From the human T2T-CHM13v2.0 reference genome, Homo sapiens: a DNA stretch of 64,000 nt. Positions 1 through 16,450 of this stretch are shown here, in pieces; within the stretch, counting starts at the first letter, position 1, and each line of letters starts with the position of its first letter. The notes below the pieces were generated by a model. That model worked only from the letters and a program-made list of their open reading frames with translations, searched no databases and was not told the origin of the DNA. The position numbers and the translations under genes are program-made. Location: the NCBI RefSeq assembly GCF_009914755.1, contig NC_060931.1. One strand, written 5' to 3'.

Positions 1-196
1 TGTACAGTATCATTGTTGACTCTCATGGTTGCCTGGCTGACTGGGAGTTGCAGCTCACTGCAAGAGAGTATCATACTGCATATCGCTTGCCCCGGAAAAG
101 ATCAAAATTCAAAATTCGAAGTATGGTTTCTACTGAATGCATATCATGAAGTCAAAAAATCCTAAGTTGCACCATTGTAAGTCTGAGACTTTGTAT
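1..196 (+). mobile_element. TcMar-Tigger DNA transposon 3' end (Tigger5/MER47B-like), cut by the window edge
   Basis: ggaaaagatcaaaattcaaaattcgaagtatggtttctactgaatgc resembles the recalled MER47/Tigger5 3' consensus; decayed terminal repeat (cattgtaagtctgagac) near 175-195. Confidence 0.75.
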
Positions 197-284
197 GTAA
201 TCTTTCATCCTCTGCCAGAAATATCTCTTCAGTAATTGTCCAGTGCTTTAAGTATATTTCCAGGGAGCTGGGGAGTAGCAGGGC

Positions 285-400
285 AAAGGGCCTTGGGCAG
301 AATGGTCTATGCCTTTGTGCCTCCGAATTTCATCTGTCAAATAGAAAAAAGAATCCAGGTCAGATGAGCAAATGGAATCGTGTCAAAGTGCTCAGCAAAC
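285..400 (+). mobile_element. MIR SINE fragment
   Basis: ccttgggcag...tgtgcctccgaatttcatctgtcaaat resembles the MIR core; runs into the minisatellite. Confidence 0.55.
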
Positions 401-664
401 AATAATGTACAAGAAAGTGCTTAGCAAACAATAATGTACACGAAAGTGCTTAGCAAACAATAGTGTACATGAAAGTGCTTAGCAAACAATAATGTACACG
501 AAAGTGCTAGCAAACAATAATGTACACGAAAGTGCGTAGCAAACACTAAGGTACACAAAAGTGCTTAGCAAACAATAATGTACACGAAAGTGCTTAGCAA
601 ACGATAAGGTACACGAAAGTGCTTAGCAAACAATAATGTACATGAAAGTGCTTAGCAAACAATA
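385..664. repeat. Minisatellite, 29-bp unit AAAGTGCTTAGCAAACAATAATGTACACG, ~9.7 copies
   Basis: Contiguous head-to-tail units read directly, 0-4 differences per unit, no spacers. Confidence 0.97.
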
Positions 665-1231
665 GAAGTGTTAATACCACCTGCATTCTTGCAATAGCAC
701 TGAAACTACAACTTCAGTGACACTCTGGTTCTAAGCATGATTTTCAGTTATTCCCAAGGAACTGAAGTTGATGTAGCAGTGAATGTCCCAGGAGCAATTA
801 GACCCACTTCACTTCTCTTGATTGTCATTTAATATTCTTTTATTAAGCATCAGTTGTGAGTGCAACCTGGAGAACCACTTGATGTCAGAGACATCAGAAC
901 TGAGCTCAAGAGACACTCAGATACCTGATCCAGACCTCAAAGGAAAGATCTGTCCAAAGTTGAGAAACTAAGAGAATGATCTGTCCACCTAGACAACGCC
1001 AGGCCCTAGGAGAAAGTCTGTCCACTCAGACCCTACAGGAGAAGCTCAGGGAACAGTTTGACCACACAGGAGCTGCTGAAGAACAGCCAGTCATAGGTGT
1101 GGGGGGAGAAGCGTGCCGGGAAAGAGGCAGGAAGAAGATGTGCTTCCAGGGGGGCAGAAGTTAATGGCGCCCAATGCAGCTGAGATTGCAAGTATGACAC
1201 AGACTGAGAATTACCCATTGGGTTTGGGCCA

Positions 1232-1603
1232 TGATGTGGTTTGGTTGTGTCCCCACCCAAATCTCATTTTGAATTGTAGTTCCCATAATCCCCATGTGTC
1301 ACAGGAGGGACCCAGTGGGAGGTAATCGAATCATGTGGGCAGTTACCTTCATGTTCTCATGATAGTGAGTGAGTTCTCATGAAGGCTGATGGTTTTATAA
1401 AGGCTTTTCCCCCTTTTGCTCGGCACTTCTCCTTGCTGCTGCCATGTGAAGAAGGACATGTTTGCTTACCCTTCCACCATGATTGTAAGTTTCCTGGGGC
1501 CTCCCCAGCCATGCTGAACTGTGAGTTAATTAAACCTCTTTCCTTTACAAGTCACCCAGTCTCGGGTATAACTTTATTAGCAGCATGAGAACAGACTAAT
1601 ACA
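1232..1603 (+). mobile_element. THE1-family (ERVL-MaLR) solo LTR
   Basis: Starts tgatgtggtttgg...ccccacccaaatctca and ends gaacagactaataca; TG...CA termini; ~370 bp. Confidence 0.92.
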
Positions 1604-1719
1604 CCCCATGTTCCATCTCATTTCATCTTCAAGCACCCCTCTGGAGATGGGTTCAGAGAGGCAAGTGGCTTGCCAAAGGTCACACAGGTGAGAGGAGCCA
1701 GAGGCAGAATTTAGAGGCT

Positions 1720-2029
1720 GGCCAGGCACAGTGGCTCATACCTGTAATCCCAACACTTTGGGAGACTGAGGTGGGAAGATCACTTGAGGCCGCAAGCTCA
1801 AGACCGAGCCTGGGCCACATAGCAAGACCCCATCTCTACAAACGAAAAAGAAAAAATGATCCGGGCATGGTGGTGCATGCCTGTTGTCCCAGTTACTCAA
1901 GAGGCTGAGGTGGGAGGATCACTTGAGCCCAGGAAGTTGAGGCTGCTGTGAGCCATGATCACGAGACTGCACTCCAGCCTGGGCGACAGAGTGACACTCT
2001 TGTCTAAATAAATTAATTAATTAAATAAA
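1720..2029 (+). mobile_element. AluJ
   Basis: Dimeric Alu with J-type cttgagcccagg and gaggctgctgtgagc; AT-rich tail. Confidence 0.9.
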
Positions 2030-2559
2030 GCCTCAGTTTGTGTTACCTCCACTCACAATCATTGGCTAAAGCAAGTCACACCGTCAGACTCAATATCAAA
2101 GGTGGGGGGAGTTTGAAAACCAATAGCCTCAAATTCTTTGGTTTTGAAACTTGAATGTGATGAGAATCTCCAGGCTACTCATTAATTTGCATCTGAGATG
2201 GGACTCAGAATTCCACTGCATACCCACGAGGCCCCAGTAGCATGCATGGCCTCCTTCCTACTGACCCTTGTAGCCGGGGGTCCCTGAGTTCTCTTGGGCT
2301 CCCCTCACCGCCCTGCCTGCAAACACATCTGAGTACATCACCTAGGTTGCTCCCCAAGGGAGGAGGGTGGCCCCCAGGGCACTCGCGGCCCCTCCCCTCT
2401 GCCTGGCCCTCCCCTGAGCTCTCTGCAGATTCCTCATTAGCAAGTGCAAAGCCAGCCCCTTCGCGCCTTCCCAGGCCTTGCAAGGACTGAGAGAGGCTGG
2501 AATGCAAGCCCCGAACCACCCTCCAGCAATCCTTCATTATCCCTTCCCTCGCAGGTCCC

Positions 2560-2720
2560 ACCACCAGGTAATTCCATTGTTAATTAAAATCCTGCAGCCT
2601 TTAATATCTCGGCTCATAATTGCTGTTTTCCCCAGCCCTGGATTGGCTGTGCAGGCTTCGGGGGGGACCCGGGTTTTTTTTTCCTGGGATCTGCTTTGTA
2701 CAACCACCGGCTGTCTATTT
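2560..2720. promoter_or_regulatory. Candidate enhancer with overlapping SOX and homeodomain motifs
   Basis: Repeat-free AT-rich island; CCATTGTT (2574-2581) overlaps TTAATTAA (2580-2587); further TAAT cores. Confidence 0.4.
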
Positions 2721-3430
2721 CCTCAACCTCAGCCAAAAACCTTCTTCTCCGTGGGCTTCAATAGTGGAGCAATGGGGACCACCCTGGGGGCCATATTAGC
2801 ACCCCCTGGACACCTCCTAGGAAAGGAGGCCAAGGAAGGAGTCAGTCTCTTCCCCCAACCCCAGGCAGGCCTCCAAGTACAACCCCCAGCAACACAGCCT
2901 GGGAGACAGAGACAGCCAGCTCCTGTACACGCAGGCCACGAAGGCTCCAGAGTCCCGCAGAGGCCCCCTGAGGCCATGTTCATGGGCAACAAGGATCTTC
3001 CTCATCCACGTATCATTTGCTGCTCCCCCGAGCCCCGAGCCCCCATTGTTCAGCTAAAGAAGAAAAAGATCAGAGAGGGAGGTGAATTTCCCAAGGCCAC
3101 AAAGCAGAGCCAGGAGGCCTAGAGTGCAGACCCTCTGCTCTTCTGACCATACCCTCTGCCCGTTGACCTTCAGGCCCTTTCTCACCTTCCTGCTCTCAGC
3201 GTTGATACTTTTCTTCCTCCTCTGCTAGCCTCACTCACACTTAGCCCGGCCCCTGTCTCTTCCTCTGCCATTCCCATTCTAGCTGAGGATGTGAATGCTG
3301 TAGATGCCCACAGGGGAGGCAGGGGGCCAACAATGAGAAAGGACAGAGGACTGTGACTATTGGTCACAGATTTCAAAGGCTGGAGGACCACAGTGGAGCC
3401 AGGAGGGGGACGCGCTGAGGTTAGCCCTGT

Positions 3431-3736
3431 CTTTTTTTTTTTTTTTTTTTTTTTTGAGATGGAGTTTTGCTCTTGTTGCCCAGGCTGGAGCGCAGTGGCA
3501 CGATCTCGGCTCACCACAACCTCCGCCTCCTGGGTTCATGCACTTCTCTTGCCTCAGCCTCCTGAGTAGCTGGGATTACAGGCATGCACCACCACGCCCA
3601 GCTAATTTTGCATTTTTAGTAGAGACGGGGTTTCTCCATGTTGGTCAGGCTGGTCTCGAACTCCCAACCTCAGGTGATCCACCCGCCTTGGCTTCCCAAA
3701 GTGCTGGGATTACAGGCGTGCGCCACCGCGCCCAGC
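3431..3736 (-). mobile_element. AluS (Sq/Sp-like)
   Basis: Full-length antisense Alu with T-tail and gctcttgttgcc. Confidence 0.92.
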
Positions 3737-4269
3737 ATGCTCCATCTTAATCACTCTGTGCTGTTGACCCAAAGGCCCCGTAAGGTCTGAAGGATCAACC
3801 CCCATCCCCTGCCCACTGGGAAGGTGACCAGGTATTGCTCTCTGTGGAAGACAGCACCTCACTCAAGGCCAGGCCCCTCTTGGGCAACTGTGCAGATGGG
3901 GGCAGAGCTTGGCTGGCCTGGCTCCAGCTTTGGAGGGTCTGAGGGTGGACCGAGCTCTTGTCACAACTGCCCTGCTCCTCCCTCTGTGGCCCCTGCTGCC
4001 ATCCTCCTCCCGGCAGGTGTTGACCCCAAGGCCATATGACCATAAAACCTCCATCCAGAGTCTGCATCCCGGGGGACCTGGCCTTCTAGAGCCATTTTTC
4101 TTTTTGGGATTTCTAGGGCCTGCTTCCTCTCTTCTCCCTTCCCACAGGGACCCCAGACCCTGTGCACCATGACCTATTACCCACGCCTGTCCCATGCTCC
4201 TGGCTGGTCTGTCCTTTCAGAACTGGAGAACGGAGACGTATCCTCTCCACTCTCAAGAACCTCAGCTCG

Positions 4270-5525
<1,256 letters not shown>

Positions 5526-5527
5526 AA

Positions 5528-5867
<340 letters not shown>

Positions 5868-6849
5868 TCACACGGAGCCCTTTCTCTGGACTCTTGGTGG
5901 GGAAGTTCCTCCAAGGAAGAAGTTCCTCCAAACAGAGGCTAAGCAGAGAGGAACGGCTGCTGCCCCAGCTTCTCAGTCTGGTTGTCCTGACAGGGGCAGC
6001 AGGAAGGGTGCACGGACACCCACCTGAGTGAGGAGCTTGCTAGGCAGGGGGCCCCCTTGTCCCAGTGCTTCCACCAGTGCACCCAACCTGAGCCCCGCCC
6101 AGGTCCTGCTCACCTGCTGACTGGCCTTCCAACACTGAAGACCTCAGTCAGCTGCTTCCTAGCAAGGAAACACCTGCAGCCTCCTTGCAACAAGTACTAT
6201 ATATTGGAAGGGCACCCTGAGATTCCAGGTGAAGGAAATCGGTCACCCAGAGGTGTTGTGTGTTCCCTGCAGGAGATAATGCAGCTTCAAACCAGGTCCC
6301 CCAGCCTCCGTGAGGAAAGTGCCCTGCACTGTCATCCTGACCACAGTTCCTGGAAACCCACGAGGAAATTGGCACATTCTGCAGATCTGATCTGCTGGCT
6401 TCATCTCTGTGAGGCACCTCATCAGTGACAACACCCAGATCCAGGCTAGAACCCTGTAACATTCCACTAGTGAATCTGTGCTGGCTGCCCCTTCGTGTTT
6501 GCTAACAAGCTTTCTGAGGTATCAGGGAGGGACACCAAGCTCTCCCCGCTGTGTGACCTGAGTGTCGTGTCTCTCTTTAGCTCCCATGTGTGGAGGGAAG
6601 AAAGGGAAAGGTGCCAGCTGATATCAAAATGGACAGAGTAAAACCATGACAAATACAAGACAAACTACCCAAAGTCCTTTGGAACCATTCTGGCCTTGGG
6701 AGGTGTCTGAATCCACAAGAAAGACTCAGTGAGAGTTAAAAAGAAGCATTCTGCTCAAGACTGGAGAGCAGCTGGGATGAGGCTAAGTAGTAATGGACAA
6801 CAGCTACAAATTCATGAGAATGGGAACTGCCATGGATTGGACAGCAGGG

Positions 6850-6854
<5 letters not shown>

Positions 6855-6889
<35 letters not shown>

Positions 6890-7160
6890 TGTGTGTTTAA
6901 GAGATGGAGTCTCATTCTGTCACCCAGGCTGGAGTGCAATGATGTGATCACAGCTCACTGCAGCCTCAATCTCCTGGGTTTAAGTGATCCTTCCACCTCA
7001 GCCTCCTGAGTGCCTGGGACTATAGGCATGCACCACCATGCCCGGCTTATTTTTAAAACTTTTTTGTAGAGATGGGGTCTCAAATTCCTAGCCTCAAGCA
7101 ATCCTCCTGCCTCAGCTTCCCAAACTGCTGAGATCACAGGTGTAAGCCACCATGCCCAGA
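6855..7160 (-). mobile_element. AluJ whose tail is a (GT)n microsatellite (6855-6896)
   Basis: About 20 GT units directly abut an antisense Alu. Confidence 0.9.
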
Positions 7161-7344
7161 CCACACACACTTTTTATTCATGAGAAAAGTGAGGCTCAGA
7201 TAAATTAAGTATCTTCTCCAAGTGGTGTGGTAGGGATTTGAACCTGCATCTCTTCAAATTTCAAGAGGCATCTTTTCTCCTTTGAGACAGCCAAACCCCT
7301 CAGGATGTGCGTGTTTTCCATAGGTGGAGGGAGCACCTTGAGTG

Positions 7345-7460
7345 CCAGCAGGAGGCAGTGTGGAGCAGAGGAAAGGCCAAGGCTTTGGACTCAGACCCAC
7401 CTAGGATTGCATCTCAATGCTGTGCTATCTTGAACAAGTTACTAAGATTCTCTGAATCCT
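7345..7460 (+). mobile_element. MIR fragment
   Basis: ggaggcagtgtgg...ggctttggactcagac...tcttgaacaagttact...tctctgaatc. Confidence 0.7.
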
Positions 7461-7477
7461 GTTGTTGTTGTTGTTGT

Positions 7478-8817
<1,340 letters not shown>

Positions 8818-8820
8818 TCA

Positions 8821-9125
<305 letters not shown>

Positions 9126-9825
9126 AAAACCAGTTTTAAAAGCGATTATCTCACCAAGGTTATCAAAATCTTTAAAGGAGCCGGGGCCAGATGCTCCCTG
9201 CCACCCGCAAACCCACCCCTGGTCTGCTGTAGGCAAGCTGGGTCACAGCAGGCTTGGCAATAAGGGGGTCCCCAGGGGAAGTGCTCCCTCCAACTGGAGG
9301 CTCCTGCCCGGGCTGTGGGGATGCCCTCCTGGGAGGTGAACTGGCTGGAGTTGTGTGCCAAGACTTAATTAACCCTGGAGCAACCAGATATCCAAGGACA
9401 ACTCTGGAGCCGCTGAGAGTGACCCAACCTAGATCTGGCACTTCCCCCAAACAGCCCCAGGTGCAACAGACTAGGGGGGCCACCTCCCAGTCAGCCACAG
9501 CCAGCTGGCTCCAGGCCTCTGGAAGTGCTAGTGCTTGGGGTCCACTGAGCTTTCTGACTCCTCCTCAGATATTTTAAAAATCCTAGCCTAAATGAATTTG
9601 CTACTTGCAGTCTTGTGCCTTTAAGTGAAATTCAAGCCACTGATTTCCAGAGTCTAAGTCACCAGCTGGTTTTACAAATAGACATGCAAGGTCCTAGAAT
9701 CTTCCAGCTGTTTGCCTTAAAAGACAGGACACCAGATTTCTTTTATGAGGCAACCCTTGAGCCCCTACAGGCCTAGCTTTGGAAGGAAGGAAAGATTTAG
9801 GCTGCTTAAGTCTTATTGCAGCCAC

Positions 9826-10040
9826 TCATGGCTACCATAGACAGTTGTGCAGCCTGCGCACTACACAAATGCCTCTGGGATGTCAGGGGGAGCGAACATG
9901 GGAATTAAGATCCAGCCACACTGCACTCACCAATGGCATATATGATCTCAGACTGGCCCCTCCCAGAGGGAGGTGCGCACACAGCGCAGGCTCAAACTCT
10001 GCTTCTCACACTAGCTGTCCATCATGCACAAAACGTGGCC
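9826..10040 (+). mobile_element. Probable hAT-Tip100 (MER91-like) remnant
   Basis: catggctaccatagacagttgtgcagcctgcgcactacacaa resembles the recalled MER91 terminus; right boundary uncertain. Confidence 0.4.
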
Positions 10041-10402
10041 TACCCGCACAAAATCAGGATGCTGCTCAAATCAAATGTGACACAGCTCAGAAGCTGACAA
10101 AACTCAAACTGGTCTATTCCCCCGTGTGTTTGAGGATCACAAGCTTAGATGTCAAGGCAATGTCGAATTTCCATCTGGGTGCCTGGACGTTACTCTCAAT
10201 TTCTGTGTTCATTGTGTCTCAACCAGTAACTGTTTGCCCAGTGCTGGGCCTAGAGGCAGCCCTGCTCTCACCCATTGTGGGTTTCCTGAGTATACTCTGG
10301 GGCCTCCTAACCTCACTCTTTGGTAGATAGTCAGAAATCAAAGCCAGGGGTAAGTTCTGAGTCCAGAAGAAGAGGCAGTGAGGACCTCCTTCCACAGGCC
10401 CC

Positions 10403-10884
<482 letters not shown>

Positions 10885-11044
10885 TAGCTGGTATGGAGAG
10901 GACGTTTCAGAGGAAACACAGACTGTCTAGGCTCTGAAAAGCTGCCTAGATTCTGTCCTGTTTGTGAGAAGGCTGGCACTGAAACCTCCACATCACCCTG
11001 AAGTCCTGGTCTAGACCCAGGAGGCATCAGCAGTGTGAGGTGCT

Positions 11045-11890
<846 letters not shown>

Positions 11891-12164
11891 CAAGGGTGGG
11901 CAGGTCCAGGGTGGGACAACAGAGAACAGGTGGCCTGACTCTTCCCTCCAGCTAGGACTGAGCTGGGCTTTTCCACAAGCACCATCATCCATTTATTTCA
12001 CAATTGTTCTGTCACCTGCCACAGAGATGACTCAGCCCCTGTGCTCACCAACTATCTTTCCTATAGGAAATGATCCTTCCAGGTGGAGAAACAGTGCAAG
12101 ATATTCCCGTCCTCAGTATTCAATCCAAATCACTGATTCAATATCTGCATATTTGATAACAGGC

Positions 12165-12555
12165 CTGTAATCCAAATGCTTTGGGAGGCTGAGGCAGGAG
12201 GATCTCTTGAGGCCAGGGGTTCCAGACCAGCCTGGGCAACATGGCAAGAACCCATCTCTATAAAAAAGATTGGCGTGTTAGTGCACACCAATAGCCCCAG
12301 CTACTCAGGAGGCTGAGGTGGGAGGATCATTTGACTCCAGGAGGTCGAGGCTGCAGGGAGCTATGATCACACCACTGCACTCCAGCCTGGGCAACAAAGA
12401 CCCTATTGCAAATATATTTATATCATATTTATATTTATATTATATATTTATTTGTATTATATAATTATATTATAAATATGTCATAAAATATAATATAAAT
12501 ATGAATTTATCTTTATAAACATATATAATATATATATATATACACATATACAGTA
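12165..12555 (+). mobile_element. 5'-truncated AluJ followed by an AT-rich low-complexity tract (12411-12550)
   Basis: Alu body, then ~140 bp of almost pure A/T with (TA)n runs. Confidence 0.85.
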
Positions 12556-13117
12556 TTGACTATAGCCCACTCTGTTTTTCAGCTAGTTCAGAAAGATCCA
12601 CAATTTTTTTCCTCAAGCCACAGCCTCCAAATGATTGAACTCTTTTCGTGGATTTCCAGCCAGACCAAGGACATGCACAGCTCTCTATCCATCCACCCAG
12701 GAACTCTAAACAAGCTCCTCCCCTCCCAAGTCTTGGTTTTCTTCTGGAAGAAAGGGGGTTTATGGAGACAGAGAGGTTGACCAGATGGCTGGACTCCAAG
12801 AGCCACCATTATGATCAAGGAGCTCCAGCTACCTTCATACTCTTGGGCAGGTTCCTCCCTTATCAGAGTCTTAATCTCCTACCTGGATCACAGAAAGTCA
12901 GACAAGATGACTCTATGGGCCCTCCCAGCACCACCATGCTTCAGACTCTCATCCGACCCCCTTCTGCACATCCAGGAATATAACCATTGCCTTGGGATTG
13001 GGATTTCAGCCCAGATGTTCAGTGTAGCCTGTTCTCCCCCAGATTCCACTCCTCTGAAGTTCAAACAATTGCAAACAGGCAGACACTGCAATGGAAGCTG
13101 ATCTGAATCCATTCTCT

Positions 13118-13745
<628 letters not shown>

Positions 13746-13789
13746 TTAAATCCATTTTCTGGCCCCTAGCTACCACTGAGTGATGGGGC

Positions 13790-13970
13790 CAGGGTGGGCA
13801 GCAGCTTAGTGTAGCAGAAAAGATTGAGATGAGGGGTCTGCCCGGCTGGGTGACAATCCAGGCTCTCCTACTTGGTGACGGCATGACCTTGAGGCATTTC
13901 TTAACCTCTCTGAACCTCAGTTTCCCCATTTGCAAAATGAGGGTTATAATGCCCACCTCACAGGATAGTT
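13790..13970 (+). mobile_element. MIR
   Basis: cttaacctctctgaacctcagtttccccatttgcaaaatgagggttataatgcccacctcacagg. Confidence 0.88.
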
Positions 13971-13979
13971 CCTATCTGA

Positions 13980-14420
13980 GAAGGCCGGAGGAGTGCATGT
14001 TATTATTCAAACTGCATGCTGGAAAGTGACATCTGTTTCAAAGGCAGCGGCGCTGATTCTTGTCACTGGCTCAGAGCCCTCCCTGATATAATTTAGGAGT
14101 TCTGGGTTTGGGAGTGATCCCCGGGCAGAGCTGCCATCTCCCTCCACCCCTGACATCCGCAGGATGAATAAACCCTGCAGCCCGCCTGGAAGGGCTCTTG
14201 ATGCAGTGGCCTCAGAAGATGCCCTGGGCTGTCGTACTCTCCAACAGGCCGTGCTAAAAAATGACTCCAAGGAAAAGTAAGCAGACACTCCAGGCCATAA
14301 ATATTTCAGAGCGGAATGAACGTCCTTTCCCCAGCACCGACTTGCCATATATATTATTTATAAAACCATAACTTGAGTTGAAAGGTAGTCGTCGAAAGAA
14401 TAGACAGTCTCACTCAGATT
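13980..14420. promoter_or_regulatory. Candidate developmental enhancer
   Basis: Repeat-free; TCF/LEF TTCAAAGG (14037-14044), HOX/CDX CCATAAA (14295-14301), TEAD-like GGAATG (14313-14318), MEIS TGACA cores. Confidence 0.4.
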
Positions 14421-14747
14421 CACCCGGCGATTGGGAAAACCATCTAGAGGGAGAGAAAATAATGTCTGGGCTAGGTGAGGTCATAGGAAGTCACCTGGCC
14501 CCATCCCCTGGCCCCAGCCTCGCCTGGAGGGACAGCCCAGAGAGGCCCCAGACCCAGCAAACTGCCAGGTTTGCACAACCCAGGGCCTCCCTGGTTTCTT
14601 AGGAAATCTCCATCAAATGCCAAACAACAGTCACAACCAGACGGTTAAAAAAAAATCTGTTATCCCCCCTTTATAACAGGGGTAGGGCTTGTCATGAGAG
14701 AGCGAGTTGAGAAGGGCTTCCCAGAGGCTATTGGGTGAGCAGACTCA

Positions 14748-14892
14748 CTCCCCAGCTAATTTTTGTATTTTTAGTAGAGACAGGGTTTCACTGTGTTGAC
14801 CATGCTGGTCTCGAACTCCTGGCCTCAGGTGAGCCGCTCACCTCGGTCTCCCAAACTGCTGGGATTACAGGCGTGAGCCACCGTGCTCAGCC
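14748..14892 (-). mobile_element. AluS left arm only
   Basis: Begins abruptly at cccagctaatttttg; no right arm or tail. Confidence 0.85.
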
Positions 14893-14923
14893 CTATATTG
14901 ATTTTGTAATATGTATGTAGATA

Positions 14924-15394
14924 CGAGGTAGGAGGTGGGGCTTGACTTAGGACCAGATTGAGGACTGGCTGAAACAGGGAAGCAGCAGCAAAGCCCCTCT
15001 CCATAAGACACGCCCACCAGCACCATGTCAGTTTCCCTTTGCTACAACATCCGGAAGTTACCACCCCCTTTCTATAAATTTCTGAATACTCCACCTCTTC
15101 ATTTGCATGTAATTAAAACAGAGTATGAACATGTACAAGAAGACAGCTTCCACTCCCTTTGATTTTATCCCTGACCAATCAGCACTCCTGGCTCACTGGC
15201 TTCCCCTCACCCACCAAGTTGTCCTTAAAAACTCTGCTCCCCAAATGCTCAGGGAGACTAATTTGAGTAATAATAAAACTCCGGTCTCCGGCACAGCCGG
15301 CTCTGCGTGAATTACTCTTTCTCTATTGCAATTACCTGTCTTGATGAATCGGCTCTATCTAGAGAGGGCAAGGTGAACCCCTTGGGCGGTTTCA
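14924..15394 (+). mobile_element. ERV1 LTR sequence: MER66-like 5' part joined to LTR8-like 3' part
   Basis: 5' gaggtaggaggtgggg...ggaccagattgaggact...ccggaagttaccaccc; 3' ccctgaccaatcagcactcc...aataaaactccggtctcc...ggtgaaccccttgggcggtttca. Confidence 0.75.
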
Positions 15395-15838
15395 GCCCCA
15401 CCCTGCCATGGTGTGCGTGCGCATGTGTGCAGATGTATCTTCCTCCCCCATCCAATCCTCAGGCCGGGCTTGTGCCCCTGAAAGCCCGCAGTTCTGCAGG
15501 AGGAGGTCCCTGTGTTCCCTCCCAGATCCTCCCAGGTTATGCCAGGAACCCAGGGAGGACTCACAGATGCCCTGGAAACTCCAGCTTGGCTGCAGTGGGC
15601 CCCTGAGGCTCTCCCTCTCCTGTTGTAAGGCACTGCAGCCCCCTGAGCTACTAGGACCCTCAAGGGTTGGCCACACTGCCCACCTCATGGAGGACGCCAC
15701 CACAGCAGACACAGGTGAAGTCCGCTCCAAAGTATGGGTGTCCAATGTCAACAGCATCACAATCTTCTACGAGGCACCATCTCATCATCACCAAAGCTGC
15801 CAGCCCCGTGATGTGGAAGCACAAGAGGAAATGGTCTC

Positions 15839-16450
15839 AGCCGGGGACGGTGACTCATGCCTGTCATCCTAGCACTTTGGGAGACCAAGACGGGAGGATT
15901 GCTTGAGCCCAGGAGTTCAAGACCAGCCTGGGCACCACAGCAAGACCTCCCCGCTCCAACCATCTCTACAAAATATAGAAACATGAGTCAGGCATGGCGG
16001 AGTGCACCTGTAGTCCAAGCTGCTGGGGAGGCTGAGATGGGAGGCTCGCTTGAGCCCGTGAGTTTGAGACCAGCCTGGACAACACAGCAAGACCTCCGTC
16101 TCCAGCCATCTCTACAAAATATAGAAAAATGAACCAGGCGTGGCAGAGCACGCCTGTAGTCCCAGCTACTGGGGAGGCTGAGATGGGAGGATCACTTGAG
16201 CTCAGGAGTTTGAGACCAGCCTGGGCAACATAGCAAGACCCCTTCTCCACAAAAACAATTTTAATAATTAGCCGGGTGTGGTGGTAAGTGCCTGTGGTCC
16301 TAGCTACTTGGGAGGCTAAGGTGGGAGGATTGCTTGAGGCCAGGAGTTTGAGGCTGCAGTGAGCTGAGTTTGTACCACTGCACTTCAGCTTGGGCGACAG
16401 AGTGGGACCCTGTCTCCAAGAAAAGAGAGAGAGAAAAAGAAACAAAATAG
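15839..16450 (+). mobile_element. Four-armed AluJ with an internal ~147-bp tandem duplication
   Basis: caagacc recurs at 15941, 16088 and 16234 with a shared private linker ccatctctacaaaatatagaaa. Confidence 0.88.

Noticed and set aside
385-664. 29-bp repeats as a CRISPR array
   Set aside because: Units are contiguous with no unique spacers, there are no cas genes, and the DNA is human
1232-1603. PRDM9 hotspot motif in the THE1 LTR
   Set aside because: CCTCCCTNNCCAC is not present in this copy
2478-3122. 214-aa ORF
   Set aside because: TTG start, no recognisable domain, and it crosses homopolymer runs and motif-rich noncoding sequence
15687-15840. Protein-like stretch MEDATTADTGEVRSKVWVSNVNSITIFYE as a pseudogene or exon
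   Set aside because: No family recognised and it runs into an Alu; a BLASTX hit would be needed
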